Shown: positions 63,658-64,000 of the stretch, piece after piece | How the letters are laid out: every line of letters begins with the position of its first letter | Position numbering within the stretch: position 1 is the first letter of the stretch | Source: Camelus dromedarius | Taxonomy: Eukaryota | Assembly (NCBI RefSeq): GCF_036321535.1 | Contig: NC_087438.1 | Coordinates: 6,326,001 to 6,390,000 of the forward strand | Direction: 5' to 3' | DNA length: 64,000 nt | Position numbers and translations under genes: made by a program | The notes under the pieces: generated by a model | What the model saw: only the letters and a program-made list of their open reading frames with translations | Told to the model about the DNA's origin: nothing | Database searches by the model: none

Positions 63658-64000
63658 CCTCCTTTCCTGCCTGGACCACAGTGGGAGGTGTGAAGGGGCA
63701 AAGCCGGACTCTAGCAAATGCACAGAACGCAGTGACTGACCAGCCAACTGGACCTAGAAGACGCGGCGTGAAGATACGATGGTTTGACTCACACGTTGCC
63801 CCAAAGCAGGAAGATCTGGATTTAACGGCACAGCAGTGCTCTTTTCGACCAATGGAACCCCTGTCTCCATGAAATGTTGAGCAACCATCAATCAGCCAGG
63901 GGCATGGCCAAGCTGTGAATGTGAAATTAGCTAAAATATTTGAGTTTGCTTTCTAAACGTAAAGTGAAATATCAAAGGTAGCTAATTTTGCCAACACGGC

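Noticed and set aside
1..64000. CRISPR arrays, operons, intronic snoRNAs or processed pseudogenes
   Set aside because: This is eukaryotic intronic DNA. I saw no repeat-spacer array, no convincing C/D or H/ACA box pair with a terminal stem, and no retrocopy. A decayed one could be missed by eye.

Overview
Mammalian genomic DNA, most likely camelid: it carries Vic-1-type tRNA-derived SINEs and camelid-type L1 3' ends, and I saw no Alu, Bov, PRE or CAN SINEs. The whole window lies inside the semaphorin-5A gene (SEMA5A) on the minus strand. Six internal coding exons (99, 214, 286, 136, 205 and 208 bp; probably human exons 7-12, about aa 112-494) splice in frame with canonical AG/GT sites and encode most of the Sema domain. 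The rest is intron: L1, L2, MIR, MLT1, solo ERV LTRs, hAT MITEs and SINEs. Nearly all other listed ORFs are chance or shadow ORFs. I found no convincing new protein-coding system. Best second-look items: (i) a CpG-island-like patch at about 54.0-54.7 kb that seems built from ancient L2 by A/T-to-G/C substitution, with similar bias in a SINE and a MER58 copy, suggesting local GC-biased gene conversion; (ii) a long relic of a CR1/L3 LINE retaining ORF1, endonuclease and RT traces; (iii) a MER53 hairpin with co-evolved arms; (iv) candidate RFX, MEF2 and CTCF regulatory elements; (v) template-switch micro-duplications. Repeat family names and consensus comparisons come from memory, not from a database search, and repeat boundaries are approximate unless TSDs are given.
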